Source: a virus. From it: a stretch of 64,000 nucleotides of DNA. Each line of letters opens with the position of its first letter. Within the stretch, counting starts at the first letter, position 1. A model generated the notes under the pieces. It did no database searches, had not been told where the DNA came from, and worked only from the letters and a program-made list of their open reading frames with translations. Both the position numbers and the translations under genes were made by a program. The stretch lies in IMG/VR virus record IMGVR_UViG_3300027747_002969, positions 20,334 to 84,333 of that record, one strand, 5' to 3'. Below, in pieces: positions 38,199 through 46,655 of this stretch.

Positions 38199-38592
38199 CT
38201 TCAGCCGATGCCTAAGTGATATTGTAGATGGCAAGGTAGATATAGATGATGTGCTGGTCATTATTGCGGGCACAGACTTTGACCCCAGACAAGATGACCA
38301 GTGGTGGGATATTTGGAATGGTTATTTTCATGGGGGTGCAGGGCATTCACCTTGGTCAAAACACTCGCCAGATGACAGAGAAAAATTTCGCAGCGTCGCT
38401 GTTGATCTTTGGAATCGGGGCAAATTGCATCAGCCTCGCAAGTTTGGTGCAGTCCACCGTCATCGCAGAGAGCACTGGTTAGAAACCATACTGCTCGACA
38501 CTGATCTAGAACAAAATCCCATGGCCAAAGAAGCCTGGGACCATTTCAAAATAGTCGCTGTGCTCAGCGATGTGAAAATTAACCAACGGTAG
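38182..38592 (+). CDS. Hypothetical protein
   Basis: MKIGLSFSRC...GKLHQPRKFGA; GAGGA RBS. Confidence 0.65.
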   Translation: MKIGLSFSRCLSDIVDGKVDIDDVLVIIAGTDFDPRQDDQWWDIWNGYFHGGAGHSPWSKHSPDDREKFRSVAVDLWNRGKLHQPRKFGAVHRHRREHWLETILLDTDLEQNPMAKEAWDHFKIVAVLSDVKINQR

Positions 38593-38601
38593 TTCACTCA
38601 A

Positions 38602-38952
38602 TTATTTGAATTTAGGTTGTTTTTTTGGAAGATTCTCCTCGTTTTCAACCATTTTTGCCGCTTCAATTTCAATGTCTTCTATGAACTTGTTGGCCCATCT
38701 AGTTACATCACGTTTGATGCGGGTAAAATCAATGTTTAAACTGCAGGCATAGATGTCGCTGTCTTCAAATTTTATGTATTTCTGCTGTTCAATCATAGCT
38801 ACAAAATCCTCCGCGCTAATACGGAATTTGGCACCATTTTTGGTAACAATTACAGCATCTTTTATGTACTTGGTAGGGGGCGGATCACTTTCTAATATTA
38901 GATTATCAAATATCGTATTCCACCAATCCATACTTGATTTTGACCTACTCAT
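38602..38952 (-). CDS. Hypothetical late protein
   Basis: TAAATA at 38982-38987 (- strand). Confidence 0.6.
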   Translation of the reverse strand: MSRSKSSMDWWNTIFDNLILESDPPPTKYIKDAVIVTKNGAKFRISAEDFVAMIEQQKYIKFEDSDIYACSLNIDFTRIKRDVTRWANKFIEDIEIEAAKMVENEENLPKKQPKFK

Positions 38953-39095
38953 GTTGACCAACCTTTCAGTTCTCTTGCATATATTTACCTGTTCCCAACC
39001 AGTTGAGTTTTTTTTTGGTCATAGTATTAGACTCACCTCATAAAAATTCATACATATTTTCATAAAAAAACCATTGATTCACAAGAGTTTAAAGT

Positions 39096-40145
39096 TTATT
39101 TTTCTAGTTCATTAAACATGATACTTAAAAAGTCAAAATCATTTATTTTAGAGAAATTACCATGATTGTTCAAGTACCAATCAACCGAATCCCTGCTGCC
39201 TCGACGGCACCAATCTGCATGTTGCGCGTTTGACTCCGTATTGGTCCAAGAGTTCAAACGATTTTGTGATTCCATATCATCTGGATTTATTTCTAAATTT
39301 CGCAACAATTTTACACATTCTCGAAATGCACTTTTCCATGTTTCAAATGGTGACGAATTAAAATGTGTGGTGGCTATGGTTTGATCTAAAATTTTGATTT
39401 GTCCGACGCTGGTTGTAAAGTCCAACCATCGGCCATTATAGGCCAGAACCTTGGCAGCAGGCCATAATTTAACAGCACCATAACCATATTCAAGACTGTT
39501 GATGGGATTCCTGCTGTGCCAAATATGTATATAATTACGATCATACCTACTGGGTACATGGTCAAAATGCCAGGTTTCATCTATGGTTGTATCCCCATCT
39601 ACAGTCCAAAACATGCTAGTGGTTGACTGTTCTGCACAGGTACGATGTGCAAGGTCAATGCCTTTGATTCCGTGTACTCGTTTGGCCATGGGAAATCTGG
39701 CCTGTAATCTTTTGAAGTTTTCGTCTGCATTTGGTTCGAGGTATGAAACAAAAAAGATATCAAACTGGTCAGCATAGGTAGAAGTTTGCTCATCGTGTGT
39801 TTTGATATTGGCTGGCAAACTGGTTAAATCAAAATTCATTGTGGTTTTGGCTAATTTGCGTGGCCATAACTGTATACAACCATCTACTGCATCTGCTGTT
39901 CGTGGATGTCTAGCGCTCCATAGATGCAGATAATTTTGTTCATCACCTTCGGGCATAAATGAAAAATTCCAGGAATTGTCAAAACTCAACTGCTCAGGCA
40001 CTATCCACAGCATGCGCGTAAAGGCAGCACTGGCACAGCGTGATATATAATCATCTGACTTTGGCATGCGTTTGGCATGTGGGAAGCAGGACTTTACTGA
40101 ATGCCAATAGGTCTGATTGTCTGTAATGAAAAACAAATCATACAT
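39096..40145 (-). CDS. GT-A-like glycosyltransferase with a partially duplicated domain
   Basis: FFVSYLEPNAD, HGIKG, FWTVDGD (DxD), YGYGAVKLW, WKSAFRECVKL. Confidence 0.6.
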   Translation of the reverse strand: MYDLFFITDNQTYWHSVKSCFPHAKRMPKSDDYISRCASAAFTRMLWIVPEQLSFDNSWNFSFMPEGDEQNYLHLWSARHPRTADAVDGCIQLWPRKLAKTTMNFDLTSLPANIKTHDEQTSTYADQFDIFFVSYLEPNADENFKRLQARFPMAKRVHGIKGIDLAHRTCAEQSTTSMFWTVDGDTTIDETWHFDHVPSRYDRNYIHIWHSRNPINSLEYGYGAVKLWPAAKVLAYNGRWLDFTTSVGQIKILDQTIATTHFNSSPFETWKSAFRECVKLLRNLEINPDDMESQNRLNSWTNTESNAQHADWCRRGSRDSVDWYLNNHGNFSKINDFDFLSIMFNELEK

Positions 40146-41052
40146 TACGGGTGGCCATATAATGCGCTATCTCTTCGTTAGGCATCCAGGGCCTTGGTGG
40201 ATTCATGTAAACACGTTTGAAAAACTTAGAATTTTCCGTCTGCATGGTTGTAATATCTAGACCTAACTTGTATTTGAGATCTGACTCCAGACTTTGGCAA
40301 CCTTGATGCGGATCGGTATCTTTGATATCCAACCAAAGTGCCTGCATTTGGTTATAGTTGCTGATAATGGTATGATCCTCGTCACTGAACATGGCAAGAC
40401 TAGACCCCATTCGTGCCCCATACATGGCCCAAATACCATGTTCAACGTCTTGGCCCACACTGGCCCAAATGCACAGGCGGTTAATGTTACCGTACCAAAT
40501 TTTTTTATGGAAATCTCTCACAGCTACCTTTTGGCCGCGATCTAAACACATCTTCACACCTTCGCGAAAGCCACTGCGCCAGGCCTGCTGTGCACTGCCA
40601 TTCACATGGCTGGTGCTGTAACAGCCACGTTGATCATGATAGCGAGAATCCCAGCAAAATTCCACAGCCTTTCTTGGATCTTCAGCATTCTCGTGGCTTT
40701 TCATCTGTCGCACAAATGCCTTGCTCCATAATTTCAATCCACCATTACCATATACCAGACCATTGATACTGTTGCGTCCTGCCCAGGTCCAAGCATGGTC
40801 TTTCTGATGATCCTCAATATCGATTTCAAGATTGAGAAATTCGGCATAAATCTCATTGTCGCCGTCGACAGTTATAAAAAAATCCGTATCACTTGCATCG
40901 GCACAGGCTAGATGCGCTGTGTCAAAACCGCAAACGCCATGCACACGTTTTGCCCAAGGCACCCTAGCGAGCAAGTTGGCCCAGAGTAATTCTGCATTTG
41001 GTTCATCAAAACTGAGAAAAACAAAATCAAACGAATCCATTCTGTGTTTCAT
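40138..41052 (-). CDS. GT-A-like glycosyltransferase, paralogue of 39096-40145
   Basis: FLSFDEPNAE, HGVCG, FITVDGD, YGNGGLKLW, WRSGFREGVKM. Confidence 0.6.
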   Translation of the reverse strand: MKHRMDSFDFVFLSFDEPNAELLWANLLARVPWAKRVHGVCGFDTAHLACADASDTDFFITVDGDNEIYAEFLNLEIDIEDHQKDHAWTWAGRNSINGLVYGNGGLKLWSKAFVRQMKSHENAEDPRKAVEFCWDSRYHDQRGCYSTSHVNGSAQQAWRSGFREGVKMCLDRGQKVAVRDFHKKIWYGNINRLCIWASVGQDVEHGIWAMYGARMGSSLAMFSDEDHTIISNYNQMQALWLDIKDTDPHQGCQSLESDLKYKLGLDITTMQTENSKFFKRVYMNPPRPWMPNEEIAHYMATRNV

Positions 41053-41055
41053 AGG

Positions 41056-41508
41056 TCATCCTAGATAAAAACTATAGAGGTGGTGATTTTCTACTGCTAA
41101 TGATATTTTATTGTGGTGTGCAGCACAATCCGATAGATCCCAACTGGCAATTAACCAACTGGGATCATTCTGTTTGGTCATATAGAGCATTTTTTTTCTA
41201 GTTTGGTCATCGTGAGTAATACAGACCAAATTCTTTTGCAGAGATATTGGGTCATTTATGTATTCATCACAAGGATCTATTAGGCTACAAAATGACTCTA
41301 GTTTGGTAGTTGCTATTTTTGGACGAATGGCCAGAGTTGGATTTGACGGTATATTTGTTACAAACCAGTCCTGTAGTCTAACTCTGCCGTTCATAAAATC
41401 TTCTGCTAGTGAAATGTCAATTGCAATGCTTTGGCCAATGATTTCACGCCAGGAAACTTTTTTGATGTCGCCTGTCTGCTGATCATAGATTAACCATGCT
41501 ACGATCAT
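41056..41508 (-). CDS. Hypothetical protein
   Basis: Coupled ORF within the glycosyltransferase cluster. Confidence 0.6.
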   Translation of the reverse strand: MIVAWLIYDQQTGDIKKVSWREIIGQSIAIDISLAEDFMNGRVRLQDWFVTNIPSNPTLAIRPKIATTKLESFCSLIDPCDEYINDPISLQKNLVCITHDDQTRKKMLYMTKQNDPSWLIASWDLSDCAAHHNKISLAVENHHLYSFYLG

Positions 41509-42377
41509 GCCAGTAGTCCTTCGTAGGTTTTCAGCATGGCATCAGTTAAAAAGTCTTTGACATGATAGTGTAGAGGGTAAAACTGCGCATGGTTGCCAAT
41601 TTTGAGATTGGCGTTGGCATTGAGAAATACTTTTATGTGTTTTCTCCAGTCTTCTGAAATGTTGTCAATGTTCCAACCCTGTAGTTGGCTTTTCATGTGT
41701 ACGAATGTTGGAGTAGCATTTGGTGTTGTGTTGGTTTGATCTAGATCTAATATTTTCATTGCCAGTGCAAAAGCTACATCTGTACTAAAATGTGTTGGCC
41801 GCGTATTTGGTTCAAGAAAGTTTTCAAAGAACCTTTCCCAGTTCCATGTAATCATCTTGGTCAAATTGAAAAACTCATAGGCTTCTGACGTTTTTCTAAA
41901 ATATGTAAATGCTGTGTAGATGTTGGGCAATCGGTTTGCTGTGAACACCTTGCGATAGTAGTCGTCGGTAATGGGATTGCTGCGCCAGTCCAGCACTGTG
42001 TTGACAAATGACACAGACTGCTGGCGTTGGCCAAGTTGTTGCCAAACTGCATCAATGTCTGAAAAAAACAACATGTCACTGTCGAGTTTTATGGTTTCAT
42101 CGTATGGTGTCATCCAAATTGATTTCCATTCGTTTTGCAATTTCCAGTCGCTTTGTTCTGAATCATCGCCCCAGGGGATTTCAACTATTTCATCAAATGC
42201 CCATTTATAACGATCTTCAACTTGGGTACCAGGTGTGATGCCGATGCTGAGTCTGCTGATATTACTTTGGCTGTATTTTAGGCTCAAGGCAAGACCATAT
42301 GCCAATCTTACATAGTCAACTGAGTTGGTATTTTGTGCGATAGTAAAAAATCCGCGCGATATTTCAGTTGGTGGCAT
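41505..42377 (-). CDS. GT8-like glycosyltransferase
   Basis: AYGLALSLK, TPYDETIKLDSDMLF (DxD), FTYFRK, FVHMK. Confidence 0.65.
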   Translation of the reverse strand: MPPTEISRGFFTIAQNTNSVDYVRLAYGLALSLKYSQSNISRLSIGITPGTQVEDRYKWAFDEIVEIPWGDDSEQSDWKLQNEWKSIWMTPYDETIKLDSDMLFFSDIDAVWQQLGQRQQSVSFVNTVLDWRSNPITDDYYRKVFTANRLPNIYTAFTYFRKTSEAYEFFNLTKMITWNWERFFENFLEPNTRPTHFSTDVAFALAMKILDLDQTNTTPNATPTFVHMKSQLQGWNIDNISEDWRKHIKVFLNANANLKIGNHAQFYPLHYHVKDFLTDAMLKTYEGLLA

Positions 42378-43242
42378 AATTTATGATCCTTTCTGCAACA
42401 CGTCCTATGCTCCATTTATTCATGACATGCACATTGGTGTTGACCTTGTGTAGTTTGAACTCGCCTTGTCGTGCTTCGCTGGTAAAAAATACCGTGCCTT
42501 GATCAAAAGCTGCTATATCATCGTTTTCGGTGGCAAACATCAATTGCTTGTTGGGTAGGTTTTTAACAGTGTCGCCTTCAAACTGTGCATTCATCATGTG
42601 GATGGCAATACTCAGAGCGTAGTCATTGCGGAAATAATCGCCCGGTGGGACTTTGTAGAGACTTTGATAGTATCGATAGTTGTGTTTGATAAATTTGATC
42701 AAATCAAATAGACATTTGGTCTTGTCTGTCTTTTTGAAATACATGACTGTGGCCCAATACAACGGTATGCTCATGTTATTGAACCGTTTGTCAAATCCGC
42801 CTAAATCTTCTATATGATTGAGATCACAAACTGATTTATTGACCAAAATTTCTTCAGTTGATCCCCAGACCGCATCTAGGCTGTTGTCTAATACCAAAAA
42901 ATCTGCATCGATCAACAGAGTTTCATCAAATGGACTCAATACAAAACTATCAGATCTATTGGTATTATAATAAGGTGCTGTTTTTTTAGTATACCTAGTG
43001 TCGTGAAAACTGCGGTTTGGCACATTTCGATCAATGTCTGTAATAATTATGTGGTCAAAAACATGATTGACTAGATCTTCACCATGTGTTTTGATCATCC
43101 AAAATAAGGTATCTTGTGATGTGGCCACGGCAGTAGATTGTTCTTTAAGATGCTTTTTAATCAATAGACTGGAGCAAATGGCCATGGTACCATAGTCTAT
43201 TTCTAAATTATTGTAGGCATGTATCAAATATCCGCGGCTCAT
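42364..43242 (-). CDS. GT8-like glycosyltransferase, paralogue of 41505-42377
   Basis: SPFDETLLIDADFLV (DxD), WATVMYFKK, FRNDYALSIA, HVMNK. Confidence 0.65.
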   Translation of the reverse strand: MSRGYLIHAYNNLEIDYGTMAICSSLLIKKHLKEQSTAVATSQDTLFWMIKTHGEDLVNHVFDHIIITDIDRNVPNRSFHDTRYTKKTAPYYNTNRSDSFVLSPFDETLLIDADFLVLDNSLDAVWGSTEEILVNKSVCDLNHIEDLGGFDKRFNNMSIPLYWATVMYFKKTDKTKCLFDLIKFIKHNYRYYQSLYKVPPGDYFRNDYALSIAIHMMNAQFEGDTVKNLPNKQLMFATENDDIAAFDQGTVFFTSEARQGEFKLHKVNTNVHVMNKWSIGRVAERIINYATN

Positions 43243-43607
43243 TAATTATTGCCTTTGACTATTTCTGAAAATTGTTCAGCAGTTGATCTAGCCTTGCGCA
43301 GGTTATTGTATTCTAGATTATAATAGTTAGTGGCATTAAAATAGCGATCCAGTAGTTCATCGCGGAATGTTTCAAGATCAGTAATTTCAATAGGATTACC
43401 GTTTTCATCTATCAATACTACTGATTGCCAACCTCTATCTATGATCATCTGCATGAAAGTTATCAATTCACGAGATGCTTTGAACAGCCCGCCATTGATG
43501 GCCATGGTGATCATGGTGTCAACTTTTATTTTGAGATTTTCTTTGATATTAATGAGATTCAAACGTAGGTTTGATGCATCTAATGCCTTCTGCAGTCGCT
43601 CGTCCAT
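43242..43607 (-). CDS. Hypothetical protein
   Basis: AGGAGG RBS; MDERLQKAL...GGLFKASRELI...LIDENGNPI. Confidence 0.7.
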   Translation of the reverse strand: MDERLQKALDASNLRLNLINIKENLKIKVDTMITMAINGGLFKASRELITFMQMIIDRGWQSVVLIDENGNPIEITDLETFRDELLDRYFNATNYYNLEYNNLRKARSTAEQFSEIVKGNN

Positions 43608-43779
43608 AAAATACCTCCTTGATTATTGTTAATAATTTTGACAATAATAGCAAGTTTTATAGCCGGCGACCTAGATTAAATGTGTTGATTTCTGTAGGCA
43701 GTGATATGCCATTTTTGATGTTGGTTTGGGCACTGTTCTGGTGACATAGTTCACAAGGATGGGCTTGCACAGCGAAGAA

Positions 43780-44727
43780 CTAACTAGATAATGAAATAGT
43801 TGTAGCATATGTTGGACTTGCAACTGTCAACACGTCTGCTTTGAGTTGTTGTACATCACTAGTCAAGGTTCCGTCAACTGTCCCGTCACTGCTGATACCG
43901 GTGGCAAAAATAGCCTGCATGCGCACAATGCTCCCATTACCACCATTAACACCGGTTACGGTTTCTACCCTGGCCTGCAGTGTATAACTGGCTGCAGTAT
44001 AACCATAGGCCGACCCATAGTGTATAAACACAGTTTGAAATGTTCCTGTTAGACCATAATATCCAATTGGATAAGACGTTCCACCAGAGCCTGTATATGT
44101 CGTTGCCAGGGCTCCAAGTTTTATGGTTCCCATTTGTGCAAGGAGCGTTGTAAGAGCAACATTGATGTGTGTTGCTGAGCCACCAGTTCTACTACCAGAT
44201 GCATAGACTTGTCCGCCTGTATTGAAAAAATATCTTGCAGAATCTTCGCTGGTAAAAGTCAAAACCCATTGATGCACTATACTGGTATTCCACGTTGTTA
44301 TGCGAGTACTAGTCAACTCACTGGAAACTGCCATTTGCGAAATTGAATACAACAGTCGATTGCTGTCTAGTGTTGATATCAATAATGGTAGATTTGGTCT
44401 GCCGCTGCTGCCATTGTCTGCCTGTATAATATCACCTGCTACCACATCTACAGGCAATGTCAACCCACTGCCAGTCTGTGTGTTGATCACAGCCATAGCC
44501 GAATAGAGATTGTTCCATGGCCCAGCAGTGATCAAATCACCAGTTGCTACTGATGGTAGTGTGATTGATGTTTGACCGTATCCGCGAGATCCATACCCTA
44601 CACCAACCAATGCTGCAACAGCATCAGTAGCAGCACTGGCGTTGGGAAACGCTACATTAGGTGCTTCTGCTCCACGGAAGGCCATGTAGTCAGACGCTGC
44701 TATGGGTTGACCCACTGCGTAAGTCAT
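43780..44727 (-). CDS. Virion structural protein (baseplate/tail-associated)
   Basis: Ser/Thr/Gly-rich; GYGQ, ARYFFNTGG; located in the late block. Confidence 0.65.
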   Translation of the reverse strand: MTYAVGQPIAASDYMAFRGAEAPNVAFPNASAATDAVAALVGVGYGSRGYGQTSITLPSVATGDLITAGPWNNLYSAMAVINTQTGSGLTLPVDVVAGDIIQADNGSSGRPNLPLLISTLDSNRLLYSISQMAVSSELTSTRITTWNTSIVHQWVLTFTSEDSARYFFNTGGQVYASGSRTGGSATHINVALTTLLAQMGTIKLGALATTYTGSGGTSYPIGYYGLTGTFQTVFIHYGSAYGYTAASYTLQARVETVTGVNGGNGSIVRMQAIFATGISSDGTVDGTLTSDVQQLKADVLTVASPTYATTISLSS

Positions 44728-44728
44728 G

Positions 44729-45868
44729 TTAGTTTTTGCCTATTACAATTTCAATTATTTCTATACCATCTGTTTTTTTATCCTGCAGGGCTCGACCAAG
44801 AATACTCAACAGTCCATATTCTTCTGTCCATACACACGCGCATCCTGCAACTGTGCTGGTCATTAGCCTTTGACCCTTTTTGACAGGACCAACAATTTTA
44901 CAGGGCACGCGCCCTGTAAGTGCTACTGCTGGATGTGTAACATCATCTCCTGCTGAAGAATTCATTAGATATGCAGGGTTAGTTGATACAACACCAAATA
45001 CATTTGTATCACCGGGTGTATTAGCAGCAGTGATTTCTGCACTACCACCGATACTAACCACAGTCGCAACATCTAGTTCTGCATCTGATTCATATCTCTC
45101 AGCAAGATCAGCATAGAGTGCAGAAGTGGCTTGACCATTGAAATTAATTGCATACATGTTGGCAAATCTATATGTAACACTACCCATATTATAGAGAGCG
45201 TTGCTGTCAGGTACGTTATTTTTATTATTAGAAAAAATGTTTGGCGACGTTACGCTAGAACCAGCCACTGTTGTACTGAAATTCAACCCTGGATTCACAG
45301 TGGTAAAACCTGAAATAGCAGGGCTGGGTGTAAACGCAGCATCCTTACTGTAAATGGCCAGCAGTGTACCTCCTACCACTATCTCCCAGACTTCATGATT
45401 GACAGAAATTGTATCTGTAATTCGTGCAGCCTGGAAAGCAGTATAGCTGGGAATGCTGGGATTCAACGGATCGGTGTTGATTTGACTGCCAAGCGGACCA
45501 ACGATATTCCATGCAGTACCGTTCCATACATTTAATTGTAGGTTCACTGTATCAAACCACAAAGCACCCGGCTGGCTGCCAACTCCGCCACTGCTGCCGG
45601 CATAGACTGCGCTGGAAATCCATGCTGCGCCTGTCCATACATTGATCAATCCAGTGGTAGTGTTGTACCACAGCTGTCCCTGTACTGGATTGATAGGAGC
45701 AGTGGTGTTGGCAAAATTCTGCATGATCCATAATAGGTCCTGATTAACAGGTTCCCCATAATTTAGATAACCACGACCGGGCATGGCAATGCTGGTGGTA
45801 TTGTCAATGGCCCCATCTGCTATTGTGGTCCGCAAAGTACCATTGTAATTAAAAATGTTAGTGGCCAT
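44729..45868 (-). CDS. Tail fibre/baseplate protein
   Basis: NYGE...NFAN..AP.NP..GQLW repeats; C-terminal YADLAERY...GVVSTNPAYLMN...ALTGRVPCK domain; TATAAATA at 45900-45907. Confidence 0.7.
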   Translation of the reverse strand: MATNIFNYNGTLRTTIADGAIDNTTSIAMPGRGYLNYGEPVNQDLLWIMQNFANTTAPINPVQGQLWYNTTTGLINVWTGAAWISSAVYAGSSGGVGSQPGALWFDTVNLQLNVWNGTAWNIVGPLGSQINTDPLNPSIPSYTAFQAARITDTISVNHEVWEIVVGGTLLAIYSKDAAFTPSPAISGFTTVNPGLNFSTTVAGSSVTSPNIFSNNKNNVPDSNALYNMGSVTYRFANMYAINFNGQATSALYADLAERYESDAELDVATVVSIGGSAEITAANTPGDTNVFGVVSTNPAYLMNSSAGDDVTHPAVALTGRVPCKIVGPVKKGQRLMTSTVAGCACVWTEEYGLLSILGRALQDKKTDGIEIIEIVIGKN

Positions 45869-45902
45869 TGGTTTAACCCTTGTTTAATGATGATGCAGCT
45901 AT

Positions 45903-46511
45903 TTATACCGTTTGAATACGTATGGTATAGACGATTTCAATCTGTCTATTGAGACTTTTTTGTACTGGACTGAACACTACATGTGTCAACAGCAGACCAT
46001 TGGTATCTGTACCATTGGCAGCATCGGTAGCATTGTAGGCCTTGAGACCTAACTCATTGAACACATACGTCCCAGTGATGTTTGTGGTGTTGTCAAAGGC
46101 TTCTTGACCAGATGGTTGTCCATAACCCAGCGTGCAGGTCACTATAACGTCACTATAGGTAGTCCCAGAGACGTGTGCAGTGGTCATATAGTTCTGAGCA
46201 GGGTTGGCATTCAGTGGACTTTGGTCGTTGACACATTGGAAATAAGTTTCATTGTAGAGTTCTGCTGATGTACCTACTACATTTGGTGGTAGGTAGGTAA
46301 TTGTTCCTGTACCGCTGACAGTGGCTGCGCCGTTGCCAAATGCCATGTTCTGTATCCATCCGGTTGGACGATTGCTGAGAGTTTCTGCTAATGACACAGA
46401 AAAATTCTCATAATTAATGGCATTTTTCTTGTTGACCAAAATTTCGCCAGTGTTGATGTCGCGTATCAATACATGGCCTTGTATGCGATTATTGGTATCA
46501 TCTTCAAACAT
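45903..46511 (-). CDS. Baseplate/tail structural protein
   Basis: MAFGNG, FNELGL, THVVFSPVQKSLNR. Confidence 0.7.
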   Translation of the reverse strand: MFEDDTNNRIQGHVLIRDINTGEILVNKKNAINYENFSVSLAETLSNRPTGWIQNMAFGNGAATVSGTGTITYLPPNVVGTSAELYNETYFQCVNDQSPLNANPAQNYMTTAHVSGTTYSDVIVTCTLGYGQPSGQEAFDNTTNITGTYVFNELGLKAYNATDAANGTDTNGLLLTHVVFSPVQKSLNRQIEIVYTIRIQTV

Positions 46512-46514
46512 CTA

Positions 46515-46652
46515 TCACGCCCTTTGATTGACCAAAAGTTTACCTGTATCTAGATCACGTATTTTTATATTGCCGTAGATCATGATGCCCACATCTTCAT
46601 CACGGGGTTTTTCGTTTGGTGTTTGGTCTTTTTGTGTTGCTGTTTTTGACAT
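46515..46652 (-). CDS. 45-aa late protein missing from the ORF track (MSKTATQKDQ...GNIKIRDLDTGKLLVNQRA)
   Basis: Own translation; fills the gap between two structural genes; TAAATA 4 nt upstream; similar to the N-terminus of the next gene. Confidence 0.65.
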   Translation of the reverse strand: MSKTATQKDQTPNEKPRDEDVGIMIYGNIKIRDLDTGKLLVNQRA

Positions 46653-46655
46653 GAG

